From Planctomycetota bacterium (lineage in GTDB: Bacteria; Planctomycetota; UBA11346): a stretch of 64,000 bases of DNA. The translations under genes were made by a program, and so were the position numbers. The notes under the pieces were generated by a model that searched no databases, was not told the DNA's origin, and saw only the letters and a list, made by a program, of their open reading frames with translations. The DNA lies in NCBI GenBank assembly GCA_038213805.1, contig JBBQSO010000017.1, positions 1 through 64,000 of the forward strand. The letters are read 5' to 3'. Below, piece by piece: positions 40,101 to 50,615 of the stretch. How positions within the stretch are numbered: position 1 is the first letter of the stretch; every line of letters begins with the position of its first letter.

Positions 40101-42773
40101 TCACGGAATCGCCCGCAACGTATAATACGCCTCCAACATCTTCCACGCCTGCGCATCCCCAAAAAGTCCCTTCGTATCGGCGATTTGCAGATGATAGATC
40201 CGGTTGAGCCACTTGTCCCCCGTACCGAACCCGTTCACCTCCACGTCCATCGCCATGCGATCCGCACGCACCTTCACGCCCACGAGCGCATCCTCCCGCT
40301 GATCATGCTCCGGTGATCCGTAATTCCCGGTGTCCGCATAGAAATATGAACTGACCTTCAGCGCGCCTACCAGATCCGCATCCTTCACCGCGCCATCTAC
40401 CGGCCGGGTGAAATGGATCACGAACCCATTCTTGGCCACCGCGACGCGCAGGATGTCCGCGCCGACGGTCTTCCCGTCATAGCTGATCCGCTGCAGGCGA
40501 TCCTGCACGCCGCCGTTCGCCGCCCACCCACGCCCGGTCTGCCCGATGATCAGGCTGCCATCCGGCAGGAAGCACGGCCGCATCGCCCCTGAGGCCAGCC
40601 CGCGAGCGAATGGCATCACGCAGCCCTGGTCGATGCCATTGGTCTGCTCGGTCACCACGCGCAGCATGGTCGAGAGCGTCTGGTCGCCGATGAACATCTG
40701 CTTCTGGTATACTCCGAACCTGCCACCGGTCGTATCCCACGCCGGATTTCCGGGCGAATTCGCAAGCTTTCCGTGCGGCAGCCAGACTGCGCCCAGCCGG
40801 CGCTTGTCCTTCCACAGGTCGAAGTTCACCTCTTTGGAGTCGGGCTTCAACTTGCCCGGCAGGTCCACCAGGCTGGAGATGTGGCCATAGAATTTGCCCT
40901 GCTCGAGCGGCACGACTTTCGACGAGCCGACGTACTCGCCCTGGTTCTCGGCGTACCACAGTCGCCCATCCGGATCGAAGCCGATGCCCGCCGGACTGCG
41001 CAGTCCATAGGCGAACGGTTCGGTCTTGCCGTCCGGGGTCACGCGCATGGCCCAGCCGCGGTAACCACCCATCGTTCCCATGTACGGCCCACCCGCGCGC
41101 CACGAGGCGCGATTGTTGCCGCTGTGCGACAGGTTGAGGGCGTAGTAGTAGTTCCCCTGGGCATCGCGCGCCGGCCCATGATTGAACTCATGATAGTTCC
41201 CGTGGAACCCGAAGGCATCGCTCACCGTTTCGAAGCGGTCCGCGCGCCCATCGCCATTGGTGTCGACCAGGCGGGTCAGCTCGGGCTTCTGGGTCACCAC
41301 GATCCGGTCGCCCTTGTCGTCCTCGATCACGACGCCCAGGCATTCATAAAGACCCTCGGCGAACAGCGTCCACTTGTCGTCGCGGATGCGCCACACGCCC
41401 GCGGTGCGCGTGCCGACCACGATGGTGCCGTCCTTGGCGACCGCGATGCCGGTGGGCTCGAACAGCTGATTCCGGCCGAACAGGTCCTTCGGTGCCTCCC
41501 AGTCCTCGATCACGTACCCCGCGGGCAGCTCCAGTTTCTTCTTGTCGTCCTTCGTGGCCGTCCTCACCACCGGCTGCGCGGCCCAGTTCTCGTCGCGGTC
41601 CAGGACCGGACGCGCCACCAGGCCGCCAGCGAGGCGCGCGCTCAGGGTGTGGACCGTCCCCTTCGCCGGGCCGATGGTCCACACGCCGTTGGCGAAGGTG
41701 CCGCCCGCGACCGTGACCGCTGAGAGTCCGTTCGCGGACAGGGCGAATTTCTGCGCCTCTTTCACGGTTCCGGAAATCGCAAACTCGATCCGCCCGTCGC
41801 TGGAGAGCGTCACCTTCTCGAGGATGTCATTCGTGCCGACCCGCACGTGGAAGGTCGGGTCGCCGCTGGCCGGATCGAGCGTGTGGCCCAGGAACGCCGC
41901 ATCCACCGAGGCGAGCAGCGTGGGGAAATCACGGTCGTCCCACAGCCACTTCTCGACCGCCTTCTCGTCGTTGATGTCCGGTTCCATGAATTCGAAATCG
42001 ACCGGCACACCGGCCGGCGTCAGTGGCTGCAGGATGGCGCCGCCCTCGATGAAGGCCTGCGCTCCGTGACCCCGCGCCGAGCCCGGCGTGCCACGGCCTT
42101 CGCGCTCCTTGCTCAGGTTCAGGAAGCCGCCACCCCAGATGCTGCGCACCGCCAGGAAACGCGCGTCGAAGGTGTAGTTCATGCCGTTCGGCAGCCCCAC
42201 GTGCAGCGCCCGCCCGCTCGATCCGTTCAGCGGAGCGCGGAAGACGCGCGTACGCTTGGTCACCGGCTCCTCATTCGCGATGTCGATGATGTTCTTGGGC
42301 ACGGCCTTCTGTTCGACCTGCACGGTCACCACCGCCGGTCCGGCCTGTCCTGCATCGTTCAGCGTGCGCAGGTAGTGCCAGATGTGCTCCACCGCCTGAT
42401 CGGGCAGCACCTCTTTGGTGAACAACGGCATCGCCGCCACGAAGGCCGTGCCCGTGGTCGGGCCGCTCTCAGCGATCGCCAGCGCGTCCCAGGATTTGCG
42501 CACCGAATCGAGATAGTAGGCCTTGTCTGCCTTCAGCTTCCGCTTCTCGCCGGACTTCGGGTCGAGGACTTCGCGATCGCGAGGGTCGCTGAGGAAGAGG
42601 CCGTGCAGGTTCGGGCCTATGCGAGGGGCGGTGTCGGTCTTGTCGACGGCGTGGCAGACCACGCAGCCGTAGAGGGCGAACGCCGTCCTGCCTTCCGAAA
42701 CGGCGTCCACGTCCTGGGACCAGGCGGAAAGGACCAGTGCGGACAGCAGGGCAACGGATTGGTAGATCTTCAT
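40101..42773 (-). CDS. Secreted cytochrome c + DUF6797-like + PVC-type beta-propeller protein
   Basis: Signal MKIYQSV; CVVCH..IGPNL..AAMP; VGLPNGMNYTFD..WGGGF; DTNGDGRAD, GNYHEF, GLRSPAG, NQGEY. Confidence 0.82.
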   Translation of the reverse strand: MKIYQSVALLSALVLSAWSQDVDAVSEGRTAFALYGCVVCHAVDKTDTAPRIGPNLHGLFLSDPRDREVLDPKSGEKRKLKADKAYYLDSVRKSWDALAIAESGPTTGTAFVAAMPLFTKEVLPDQAVEHIWHYLRTLNDAGQAGPAVVTVQVEQKAVPKNIIDIANEEPVTKRTRVFRAPLNGSSGRALHVGLPNGMNYTFDARFLAVRSIWGGGFLNLSKEREGRGTPGSARGHGAQAFIEGGAILQPLTPAGVPVDFEFMEPDINDEKAVEKWLWDDRDFPTLLASVDAAFLGHTLDPASGDPTFHVRVGTNDILEKVTLSSDGRIEFAISGTVKEAQKFALSANGLSAVTVAGGTFANGVWTIGPAKGTVHTLSARLAGGLVARPVLDRDENWAAQPVVRTATKDDKKKLELPAGYVIEDWEAPKDLFGRNQLFEPTGIAVAKDGTIVVGTRTAGVWRIRDDKWTLFAEGLYECLGVVIEDDKGDRIVVTQKPELTRLVDTNGDGRADRFETVSDAFGFHGNYHEFNHGPARDAQGNYYYALNLSHSGNNRASWRAGGPYMGTMGGYRGWAMRVTPDGKTEPFAYGLRSPAGIGFDPDGRLWYAENQGEYVGSSKVVPLEQGKFYGHISSLVDLPGKLKPDSKEVNFDLWKDKRRLGAVWLPHGKLANSPGNPAWDTTGGRFGVYQKQMFIGDQTLSTMLRVVTEQTNGIDQGCVMPFARGLASGAMRPCFLPDGSLIIGQTGRGWAANGGVQDRLQRISYDGKTVGADILRVAVAKNGFVIHFTRPVDGAVKDADLVGALKVSSYFYADTGNYGSPEHDQREDALVGVKVRADRMAMDVEVNGFGTGDKWLNRIYHLQIADTKGLFGDAQAWKMLEAYYTLRAIP

Positions 42774-43018
42774 TGGTTCAACCTTGGGACGACATGGCTG
42801 GGCGACAAGAATAAAGGTACCGCCAGCGGGCTCATGTGCTGAGGCGAGACTCACGCTTCCGATTTTTGACACCAATCCGTGGGGGCAGGGCCTGTCGGTG
42901 CGGCGACAAGGACTGCGACCGCCATGCAGGACGGATCCGTGCAGACGCGTGCGCAGGAGGTGCATGGCTCAGTGCTTGCGCAGCGCGGGACATGACCTGG
43001 ACACCACCAGGACATGGT

Positions 43019-43045
43019 CAAACGCCGCATCAGCAGCCCTGTGAC
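43019..43045 (-). promoter_or_regulatory. Putative ECF-sigma promoter GTCACAG-N12-GGCGTTTG (copy 1)
   Basis: Identical boxes and spacing to the copy at 63092-63118. Confidence 0.5.
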
Positions 43046-43341
43046 GTGAGTGCTGGGCAGCGCGACCTATTTCACCGCCAAGGATTTTCGCACCTGGCAT
43101 GCCAGCGCGCAGGCGTGCGCCCTGATCAGCGCCGGGCGCGCGGCGGAGGGCGCTGCCATGCCCGCATGCAGGTGAATGGGGTGTTGGCGGAGGTCGCAGG
43201 CACATACCGGTGCAGGCACCAGGTGTGCGGTTCCCAGGGATGCCACCGAACCAGCTGACGCGGGCCCCATGACTCGTGCCCTGCTGTCATTGAACGCATG
43301 CAATTTTGGTGTGCTGGCTATAACGCCACGGGAGTTGCGCC

Positions 43342-44850
43342 ATGTCGACCATCCTGCCGCCGCCCTCGGCGGTCCAGAGCATCATGGAGCACGTGCCCAT
43401 CGGCGTGGTGGCATTCGATGCCACCCTGATGGTGATCGGTGCGAGCCGGCATGCGACCGCGATGCTCGACTTCACGGATCGCGATCTGGTCGGTATCCCC
43501 CTCCATGATGCGATCGCCAGGGCCCTGGGTGAGGAAGCGGCACAGAATCTTCGCGGTCACGCGGCCGGGGTGATCCAGAGCGGCAAGCCCACGGCATGGA
43601 ATTCGTGCCGCCTGACGGCGGGGGGCGGGCAGCGCTTCGTGGATTGGGAAGTGCGCCCCATGGAGATGGCCACGCAGAAGGGCGCGCTGCTGACCCTGAT
43701 CGATGTCACCGAGCGCGAGCAGGCCAAGATGACCATCGCCGCCACAGAGAAGAGCCTGCGGCTGTTCTCTGAAGCGGTGCTCGATCATGCACTGATCGTG
43801 ACGGACGTACGTGGTCGCATCACGGCGTGCAATGCCGGCGCCGCGCTGATCACCGGGATCCCCAAGGAGGACCTGGTCGGCAAGCCGATCTCGGTGATCT
43901 ACACCCGCGACGACATGGTTGCCGGGGTGCCGGAACAGGAATGGCGGACCGCCGCGAGCGCGGGCAGCGTCGCCCACGTGCGCTGGCACGAACGCACGGA
44001 CGGTGCGCGCTACTTCGCGAACGGCACCATCACCGCCCACGTCCTGCCCGATGAGCTGCCATGCTTCACGGTGGCCTTCCGCGACACCACCCACGAGGTG
44101 CGCGAGACCGAACGGCTGGCGCGGCTCAGCACCGAGCGCAAGGAAGCCATCGCGACCCTTACCACCGCGAACACCAACCTCGAGCAGTTCGCGGCGGTCG
44201 CCTCGCACGACATGCAGGAACCGCTGCGCATGGTGACGAGCTACCTCACGCTGCTGCGCTCCCGGTTCGGCGACAGCCTCGACGCCAAGGCCAGCGAATA
44301 CATGGAATTCGCGATCGCCGGGGCCCAGCGCATGGGCCGCCTGATCCGCAGCCTGCTCGACATCGCGCGCATCGACCATGGCGAGGTGGCCCTGCACGAG
44401 GTCAGCGCCGACCTGGCGTTCGAGGAGGCGCAGAAGAACCTCCAGCAGGTGGTGGCCGAGACCGGTGCCACCATCGCGTGCGGCCGTCTGGGCACGGTGT
44501 ATGCGGACAAGGACATGCTGGTCCGCCTGTTCCAGAATCTGGTCGGCAACGCTCTCAAGTATGTCGCCACGGGGCAGCATCCCCGTGTGCAGGTCTCGGC
44601 GCAGGATCTCTCCGGCATGCTCGCGATCCGCATCACCGACAACGGCATCGGCGTCTCGCCCGCCGACCAGGCGCGCATCTTCGATGCGTTCGAGCGCGTC
44701 CATGGGCGCGGGGAATACGGCGGCGCTGGTCTGGGGCTGGCCATCTGCAAAGGCATCGTGCAGCGGCACGGCGGAACGCTGACCCTGGAGTCCGAGCTGG
44801 GGCGCGGGTCGACGTTCACCGTCACGCTGCCGCGCACGACGGCGGGGTGA
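43342..44850 (+). CDS. Cytoplasmic PAS-PAS sensor histidine kinase
   Basis: Two PAS domains; H-box ASHDMQEPLR, N-box NLVGNALKY, DNGIG, GAGLGLAIC, GSTF. Confidence 0.94.
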   Translation: MSTILPPPSAVQSIMEHVPIGVVAFDATLMVIGASRHATAMLDFTDRDLVGIPLHDAIARALGEEAAQNLRGHAAGVIQSGKPTAWNSCRLTAGGGQRFVDWEVRPMEMATQKGALLTLIDVTEREQAKMTIAATEKSLRLFSEAVLDHALIVTDVRGRITACNAGAALITGIPKEDLVGKPISVIYTRDDMVAGVPEQEWRTAASAGSVAHVRWHERTDGARYFANGTITAHVLPDELPCFTVAFRDTTHEVRETERLARLSTERKEAIATLTTANTNLEQFAAVASHDMQEPLRMVTSYLTLLRSRFGDSLDAKASEYMEFAIAGAQRMGRLIRSLLDIARIDHGEVALHEVSADLAFEEAQKNLQQVVAETGATIACGRLGTVYADKDMLVRLFQNLVGNALKYVATGQHPRVQVSAQDLSGMLAIRITDNGIGVSPADQARIFDAFERVHGRGEYGGAGLGLAICKGIVQRHGGTLTLESELGRGSTFTVTLPRTTAG

Positions 44851-45297
44851 GCACAGGGTCTGGGCGGACCGGTCGCAGGCGGGTTCGGCTCCGAGTGCTC
44901 GGAGTTCGATGTGCGCGGCAGCCTTACCTCTCGCGCGTTCCGTCTCCTCAGATTGCCGGGCGCAGCAGCCTGCAGCTGCGCAGTAAGAGCGAGGCCGAGC
45001 TGCTGGGGGACGATGCGGTGGCGCCGGGATGCTGGCGCCCTCGGAGTGCCAGATGCGATGGTCATGGAGCGGTTCTACGCGGCTTGCTCGCGGTCGGCGC
45101 ATGCATCGCCGATCCAATGGCAAGGAACTGCGGAAAGCGGCAAAAAAGACGTCTTGAGACCGGCATGTCCGCCGCGTGCGGTTTGTCCCAGCTTGGGTCC
45201 AGATCCCAGGTCTTCCGCGGGTGCGCGCCGCCGCCGTGCCGCCGCCCCTGTACGATGCAACGAGCGCGGCTACGGTAGGCCACCCGCAGGGCCCACC

Positions 45298-46992
45298 ATG
45301 CACCCGCACTTCCACATGATCTGCCGGCTCGCTCTAATCCTGGCGTGTGCTGGCGCCGCCGCGGGCGCGGACGAGCCTGCGCGGGTCGGGATCACCTATT
45401 ACGTTTCTCCTACAGGCGACGATGCCACCCCCGGCACGTCGCCCGCCCAGGCCTGGGCGACCTTGGCGCGCGTCAGTCGCCAGCGTCTGCTGCCCGGCGA
45501 CCACGTGTTGCTGCAGGGCGGCGCGACGTTCGCGGGTCCGCTGCTGCTCACCGCTGAGGATGCCGGCAGCGCCGCGGCGCCGGTGGAGGTCGCTTCTTTC
45601 GGCACGGGGCGCGCCACCATCGATGCGGGGCTTGGCTTCGGGGTGCTGGTCAGCGATGCCGGTGGTATCGAGGTGCGCGACCTGATCTGCCGCGGCACCG
45701 ACCGCGTGCGCAGCCACGGCAGTGGCGTGGCCATCGTCAACACCCTGCCGGGCGACGCGCGCCTGGCGCACGTGCGCATCGACCATGTCGAGGCCAGCGG
45801 CTTCGGCCGCGCACTGGCCGCGCCCGGGACCAGGCCGGAAGGGCAGCAGAGCCCGCAGGGCTGCGGCATCATGGTCGGCGGTGATGCGCGCGACGGGTCG
45901 CAGAGCGGCTTCGACGACATTGCGATCACTGCCTGCGACCTGCACGACAACGCCTACTACGGCATGCTCATCACCGGCGCCTGGGATGCCCACGCGACCG
46001 GCTACGCCAACACCGGACTGCGCATCGCCGGCTGCCGCGCGCACGACAACCCCGGCGATCCGCTCTATCACGAGAACCACTCGGGCAGTGGCATCCTGGT
46101 CGAGGACTGCAGCGGCGGCCTAGTCGAAGGCTGCACCGCCTGGAACAACGGCGCGCAGTGCCCCGCGGCCCCGGGCGGGCCGTGCGGGATCTGGGCCGCC
46201 TCGTGCCATCGCGTCACCATCCAGGACTGCGAAGCCTACGCGAACCACACCGGCAACGGGTTGGATGGCGACGGCTTCGACCTTGACGGCGGCTGCACGG
46301 AGTGCGTGCTGCAGTACGATTTCAGCCACGACAACGACGGCGCCGGATTCCTGATCTACACCTACCGCGGCGCGCCGCACACGGATCGCGGCAATGTGGT
46401 GCGCTGGAATCTGAGCTGCGACGATGCGCGTACGTTGCCATCCTATGGCGCGATCTTCGTCGGCAATGACGGCGCGGGCATGGATGGCGTCGAGATCTAT
46501 CAGAACACCTGCATCGGCAGCGGGGCTGGGGTGGCGTTGATCAACGTCCGTGGCGCGGGGATCGGCGCCGCCTTCCGCAACAATCTGCTCATCGCCGCGG
46601 CGGCCCCGCTGGTGCGCATGGAGCGCGATCTACCGACCGTTTCCTTCACCGGAAATCTTTACTGGAACCACAATGCGGCGCTCGCGCGTAGCGGCGACCA
46701 CGACGTCGCCGATCTGGCGGCCTGGCGCGCACTCGGGAAGGAGATGCAGGCCGGCCGGCCGTGCGGCGCTTTCGCCGATCCGCATCTGGACCTGGCGGCT
46801 GCGCGGGGCGATGTGGCCGATGTGCCGCGCTGCGCCAATGTGCACGGCCTGGTACCACCGGCAGGTTCGCCGGCAGGCACCGCGGCGATCGACCTGCGCG
46901 CCTTGCTGGGTGGCGACCTTGGCGGGCGCGATCTCGCGGGCCGGCGTTTGACGGCGATCGTCACCGCCGGCGCGTTCATCAGCACTCCGTGA
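45298..46992 (+). CDS. Secreted right-handed beta-helix (pectin-lyase-like) protein
   Basis: TYYVSPTGDD..PGTSPAQAW, PGDHVLL, repeated HDN/GI motifs, DGDGFDLD. Confidence 0.85.
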   Translation: MHPHFHMICRLALILACAGAAAGADEPARVGITYYVSPTGDDATPGTSPAQAWATLARVSRQRLLPGDHVLLQGGATFAGPLLLTAEDAGSAAAPVEVASFGTGRATIDAGLGFGVLVSDAGGIEVRDLICRGTDRVRSHGSGVAIVNTLPGDARLAHVRIDHVEASGFGRALAAPGTRPEGQQSPQGCGIMVGGDARDGSQSGFDDIAITACDLHDNAYYGMLITGAWDAHATGYANTGLRIAGCRAHDNPGDPLYHENHSGSGILVEDCSGGLVEGCTAWNNGAQCPAAPGGPCGIWAASCHRVTIQDCEAYANHTGNGLDGDGFDLDGGCTECVLQYDFSHDNDGAGFLIYTYRGAPHTDRGNVVRWNLSCDDARTLPSYGAIFVGNDGAGMDGVEIYQNTCIGSGAGVALINVRGAGIGAAFRNNLLIAAAAPLVRMERDLPTVSFTGNLYWNHNAALARSGDHDVADLAAWRALGKEMQAGRPCGAFADPHLDLAAARGDVADVPRCANVHGLVPPAGSPAGTAAIDLRALLGGDLGGRDLAGRRLTAIVTAGAFISTP

Positions 46993-47025
46993 ACGGGACG
47001 CCCGGCGGCGCGCCGGTGCGGGGCC

Positions 47026-48177
47026 TCACTGCAGATGATTCGCCACCACGCTCATCTGCGGCTTGTCGACGGGCGCGCCGCCCTTGGGGAATTCGGGCTC
47101 CAGCGAGTACATGTACGTGCCCCACCAGGGACCGGCGGCCCAGTAGGTGAAGCCCAGCCACACGTCGCGGTCGTGGTCCATGGCGGCGAGTTCGGCTTCG
47201 CCTTCCTGCATGGCGGCGGGCTGCTGGCTCCAGCCGGTCTCGCCGAGCAGGGCGCGCACGTGGTGCGCCTTCGCCCAGGCGGTGAAGGCGGTCAGGCGCT
47301 TGGCACCGGCGCCGGGCACCGCCTCGGCGTGCGAACCGGAATGGTCCTGGTCGAGGTACTGGTGGACCTCGAAGACGACATTGTCGCCGGGGTCCTTGAA
47401 GGTCTCGAAGGCCGCCGCGTTGCCTGACGAGATCCACGAGTGCGCGCCGGTGTACGCGGTGCCCGGCACGGTGATCAGGTTGCGCGCGCCGGTGGCGCGG
47501 ATGGCGTCGACCGCCGCCTGCATGAGCTGGGCGTTCAGCTGCGCGCTGTGCTGGTGCGGCTCGTTCATCAGGCCGAACCACACCAGCGGCCGGTCCTGGT
47601 AGCGCTTTGCCAGGCGCACCCACAGGTCGTTGAAATCCGCGCCGCTGAGTTCCGCATCCATGCCCACGAAGCAGTGCTTGCCGGCGACCGTGCGGCCGCC
47701 GTAGTTGTGCACATCGAGCAGCACCGCCAGGCCAAGCTGGTTGGCCTGGGCGACGCAGCGGTCGAGTTCAGCCACGTCGGCCGGCCGCAGGTCGCCGCGC
47801 ACGACCGGCTGCACGCGTTCCCACAGGAAGGGGATGCGCACCACGCGCATGCCCTTGCTGTGGAAGTAGGCGAACTCCGCCGTGCCCGGATAGGCGTAGG
47901 TCTTGCCGAGCTCATCGCCCTTGCCGAATTCGGCGACGGCGAGGTTGACGCCGGGGTGATAGCCCACGGGACGGTAGGGGGAGGGTGACGGCGTGGCCGC
48001 TGCGGAGGATGCTGCCGTCGCAGGCGGCGCCGGGGCGGGAGCGGCCGCAGGGCTCGCTGCGGGTGCCGCCACCACGGCGTCGGCGGTCGCCGGTGCGCGC
48101 GGCGACGCCGGAGCGGGATCGCTGGCGCAGGAGGCGAGTATGGCTGCGATCAGGACGGCGGGCAGGAGCGTGCGCAT
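47026..48177 (-). CDS. GH5 endoglucanase, lipoprotein
   Basis: Lipobox LASC; GVNLAVAEFG, RIPFLWER, DVHNY, MNEP, EVHQYLD, LGETG, YWAAGPWW. Confidence 0.93.
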   Translation of the reverse strand: MRTLLPAVLIAAILASCASDPAPASPRAPATADAVVAAPAASPAAAPAPAPPATAASSAAATPSPSPYRPVGYHPGVNLAVAEFGKGDELGKTYAYPGTAEFAYFHSKGMRVVRIPFLWERVQPVVRGDLRPADVAELDRCVAQANQLGLAVLLDVHNYGGRTVAGKHCFVGMDAELSGADFNDLWVRLAKRYQDRPLVWFGLMNEPHQHSAQLNAQLMQAAVDAIRATGARNLITVPGTAYTGAHSWISSGNAAAFETFKDPGDNVVFEVHQYLDQDHSGSHAEAVPGAGAKRLTAFTAWAKAHHVRALLGETGWSQQPAAMQEGEAELAAMDHDRDVWLGFTYWAAGPWWGTYMYSLEPEFPKGGAPVDKPQMSVVANHLQ

Positions 48178-48291
48178 GGCGATGCCTCGGGGGCGGTGGA
48201 CGCGTCCGGGGGGAGCGACGAGCGCACCAGGATAGCGGGAGAGGGCCCTCAGACCATGGGTGGGGTGCCCGACGTCGCGCGCAGGCCGTGG

Positions 48292-50451
48292 CTATCTGCG
48301 GGACTTCGCCGTCGGCGTGCGCTGCCGGAGGCCCCCGGCCAGCGACAGCAGCACCACGAGTGCCGTCATGGCGCCCATCCCGCAGCCCGCGCCGCCACCA
48401 CCGCCGCCGGACGACACCGGCGTTGACGGCCCAACTGCCGTCGGAGGCGTCGCTGCGCCGGCGACGGTGAGCACGACCGCCGGCGATGGGCCGCTGGTGT
48501 TGCCGGACGCATCGCTGGCGGTGACCGTCAGGCCGTGGTCGCCTGGAGCGAGCGTCGGCAGCACCACGCTCCAGTGCCCGCTGCCATCCGCGGTGGCGGT
48601 GGCGACCAGTACGCCGTCGTCGAAGACGTGGATGGTGGCGCCTGTTTCGGTGGTGCCCGACAGCGTCGGCGTGGCGGTGGTGCCATTGCTGACCGTCGGC
48701 GCCGCTGGCGTGGCGGGAGGCGTGACGTCGCCACCGCCACCGCCACCGCCACTGCGCGGTCCGTAGGTCGGAATCGCTTGGCCGAATTCATAGGCACCCA
48801 GATCCGGCGCGGCCCCGCTGAAGCCGTCCGTGATGCCCGCGATGGCGATGCCCGCATCGATGGCCGACGCACCCGCGGCCAGGCGCAGATCCGGCGCGGT
48901 GAAGCTGGTCAGCGCGGCCTCGGGAATCGTGACGGTCGCGGCGAACCCGCCCAGTCCGACTTGGGTCGCGTGCGCCTCGGTGGTCAGGCTGCGCAGCTCC
49001 GCGAGGGTGGCGAAGTGCACCGCCGGCCCGAATTTTCCGCTCATCAGGCCGTTGGTCGAACCGAACCCATCATAGTCGAGGCTGGCTGTGGCGGTGTCGA
49101 GATCGACGAGATCCATCACCCGGCCATCGCCGCTGTCGTAACCATTCCACACATGCCCCGGTCCACCGATGAGCAGATTATTGCGCGTGAAGGTGTGCAG
49201 GATGGGGTTGCCCGAGAACACGCCGAAGGCGTCGCCCGACTTGACCACGGTGTTGTTCAGCAGCACGTCGCCGGTGGTGCCGTTGTGCAGTTTGAAGGAC
49301 TCGAAGACGATGTTGTAGAGGACGTTGCGGACCACGTAGAGCGGGCCGCCGTAGCTCGGCTGCGAAGACAGGCCCATGAAACAATTGGTCAGGCGGTTGC
49401 GCAGTACGCGCACATTGTGCAGGGCGGAATCGGCCTGGATGCCGTCGTCCGCGCATTCGCTGATGTCGTTCTCGACGATGTCGATGCTGAACTGCTCGAC
49501 CGCGAGATCGCCTTCGAGCAGCGCTACGCCGTCGCGGAAATGGTGCACGCGGTTGTTGCGAATGACCAGGCCTGGGCCGGTGACGTCGATGCCTTGGCCC
49601 TGGTTGGCGCCGCCGGCGCCCAGCGACGACTCCGCCCACACCGTAGTGCCGATCACGGTGTTGTCGGCGATGTAGGTGCCCGCGCTGCGCGTGTAGCTGA
49701 CGATGCCATCGCCGCCGCCGCGGTCGGCGTGCGCGTGCACGGCGCAGCGCTGCACAGCGACGTCCACGCATTGGTTGATGCGCAGGCGCCCCTCGATGGT
49801 CAGGCCATCGACCTGCACGTAGGAGCGGCCGAACAGGTCGATGTTCCCGTCGACCACCGCGCCGTTTCCGCCGCGCAGCACGATCGGCCGCGCCGCTTCG
49901 CCATCCACATTCCAGGTGAATGGTGCGTAGGTGCCATCGGCCAGCTGCAGGATGTCGCCGGGCTGCGCGCCCGCGGCCACCGCGTTGAAGGTCGTCGGCG
50001 TCACCGCCTTCACCGGCGCGCCCGTCATCGGCGCAGGGACGGCGCGCGTGCTCACGACCAGGGTGCGGACGGTACCGCCGCCGTCGGGATCGCTCAAGGT
50101 CAGCTCGATCTCGTAGGTCGTCGCCGGCTGCAGATCGAACAGGCTGCCGGCGTGGCGGGTGGTCCAGCTTACCCCGTCGCTGGTCGACCCTGCCGCGACG
50201 CGGAACAGCGGCATGCCGGTGACGAAGCTGCCGCCGACCGGGCGGTAGCGCAGGGTGACCCGGCCGTTGCCGTTGTCGTCGCCGCTGAACGGCCAGATCA
50301 CTGCGATGCCGCAGGTGGTCGGATTGGGCGCGCTGATGGTGCCAGACACGGTGGGGTCGCTGGCTTCCAGGCGCCCCAGACCGGCCAGTGCGGCGGTGAG
50401 GCCGAGACCCAGGTGGACAAGGGGACGTGGGACGAGGGGCGTCGGCGGCAT
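48292..50451 (-). CDS. Secreted Fn3-like + beta-helix + Ig-like protein with Gly-rich Cys-TM-basic C-terminal sorting signal
   Basis: LQPATTYEIELTLSDPDG; NDISECADDG; PDLGAYE; Ig repeat PTLSGT..ADGSGHWS..DASGN; tail GGGGGGAGCGMG-TM-RQR. Confidence 0.85.
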   Translation of the reverse strand: MPPTPLVPRPLVHLGLGLTAALAGLGRLEASDPTVSGTISAPNPTTCGIAVIWPFSGDDNGNGRVTLRYRPVGGSFVTGMPLFRVAAGSTSDGVSWTTRHAGSLFDLQPATTYEIELTLSDPDGGGTVRTLVVSTRAVPAPMTGAPVKAVTPTTFNAVAAGAQPGDILQLADGTYAPFTWNVDGEAARPIVLRGGNGAVVDGNIDLFGRSYVQVDGLTIEGRLRINQCVDVAVQRCAVHAHADRGGGDGIVSYTRSAGTYIADNTVIGTTVWAESSLGAGGANQGQGIDVTGPGLVIRNNRVHHFRDGVALLEGDLAVEQFSIDIVENDISECADDGIQADSALHNVRVLRNRLTNCFMGLSSQPSYGGPLYVVRNVLYNIVFESFKLHNGTTGDVLLNNTVVKSGDAFGVFSGNPILHTFTRNNLLIGGPGHVWNGYDSGDGRVMDLVDLDTATASLDYDGFGSTNGLMSGKFGPAVHFATLAELRSLTTEAHATQVGLGGFAATVTIPEAALTSFTAPDLRLAAGASAIDAGIAIAGITDGFSGAAPDLGAYEFGQAIPTYGPRSGGGGGGGDVTPPATPAAPTVSNGTTATPTLSGTTETGATIHVFDDGVLVATATADGSGHWSVVLPTLAPGDHGLTVTASDASGNTSGPSPAVVLTVAGAATPPTAVGPSTPVSSGGGGGGAGCGMGAMTALVVLLSLAGGLRQRTPTAKSRR

Positions 50452-50615
50452 GGCGAAGATCTCCACTGCAGCTCGGTCGGCCGCGGCGGCGCGCGGTAAG
50501 GCGGGGTATCCTGCAGGCGACGTCCGCATGTGACACGCCGCCCCCGCCCATCCACGGCCGACCCCTGACCGCGGCGGCACCTGGGTGACTGATGATGGAG
50601 AGGCACGACTCTTTC

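Noticed and set aside
45124..45154. GGAACT...GTCT RpoE-like promoter
   Set aside because: Spacer of 21 nt is too long
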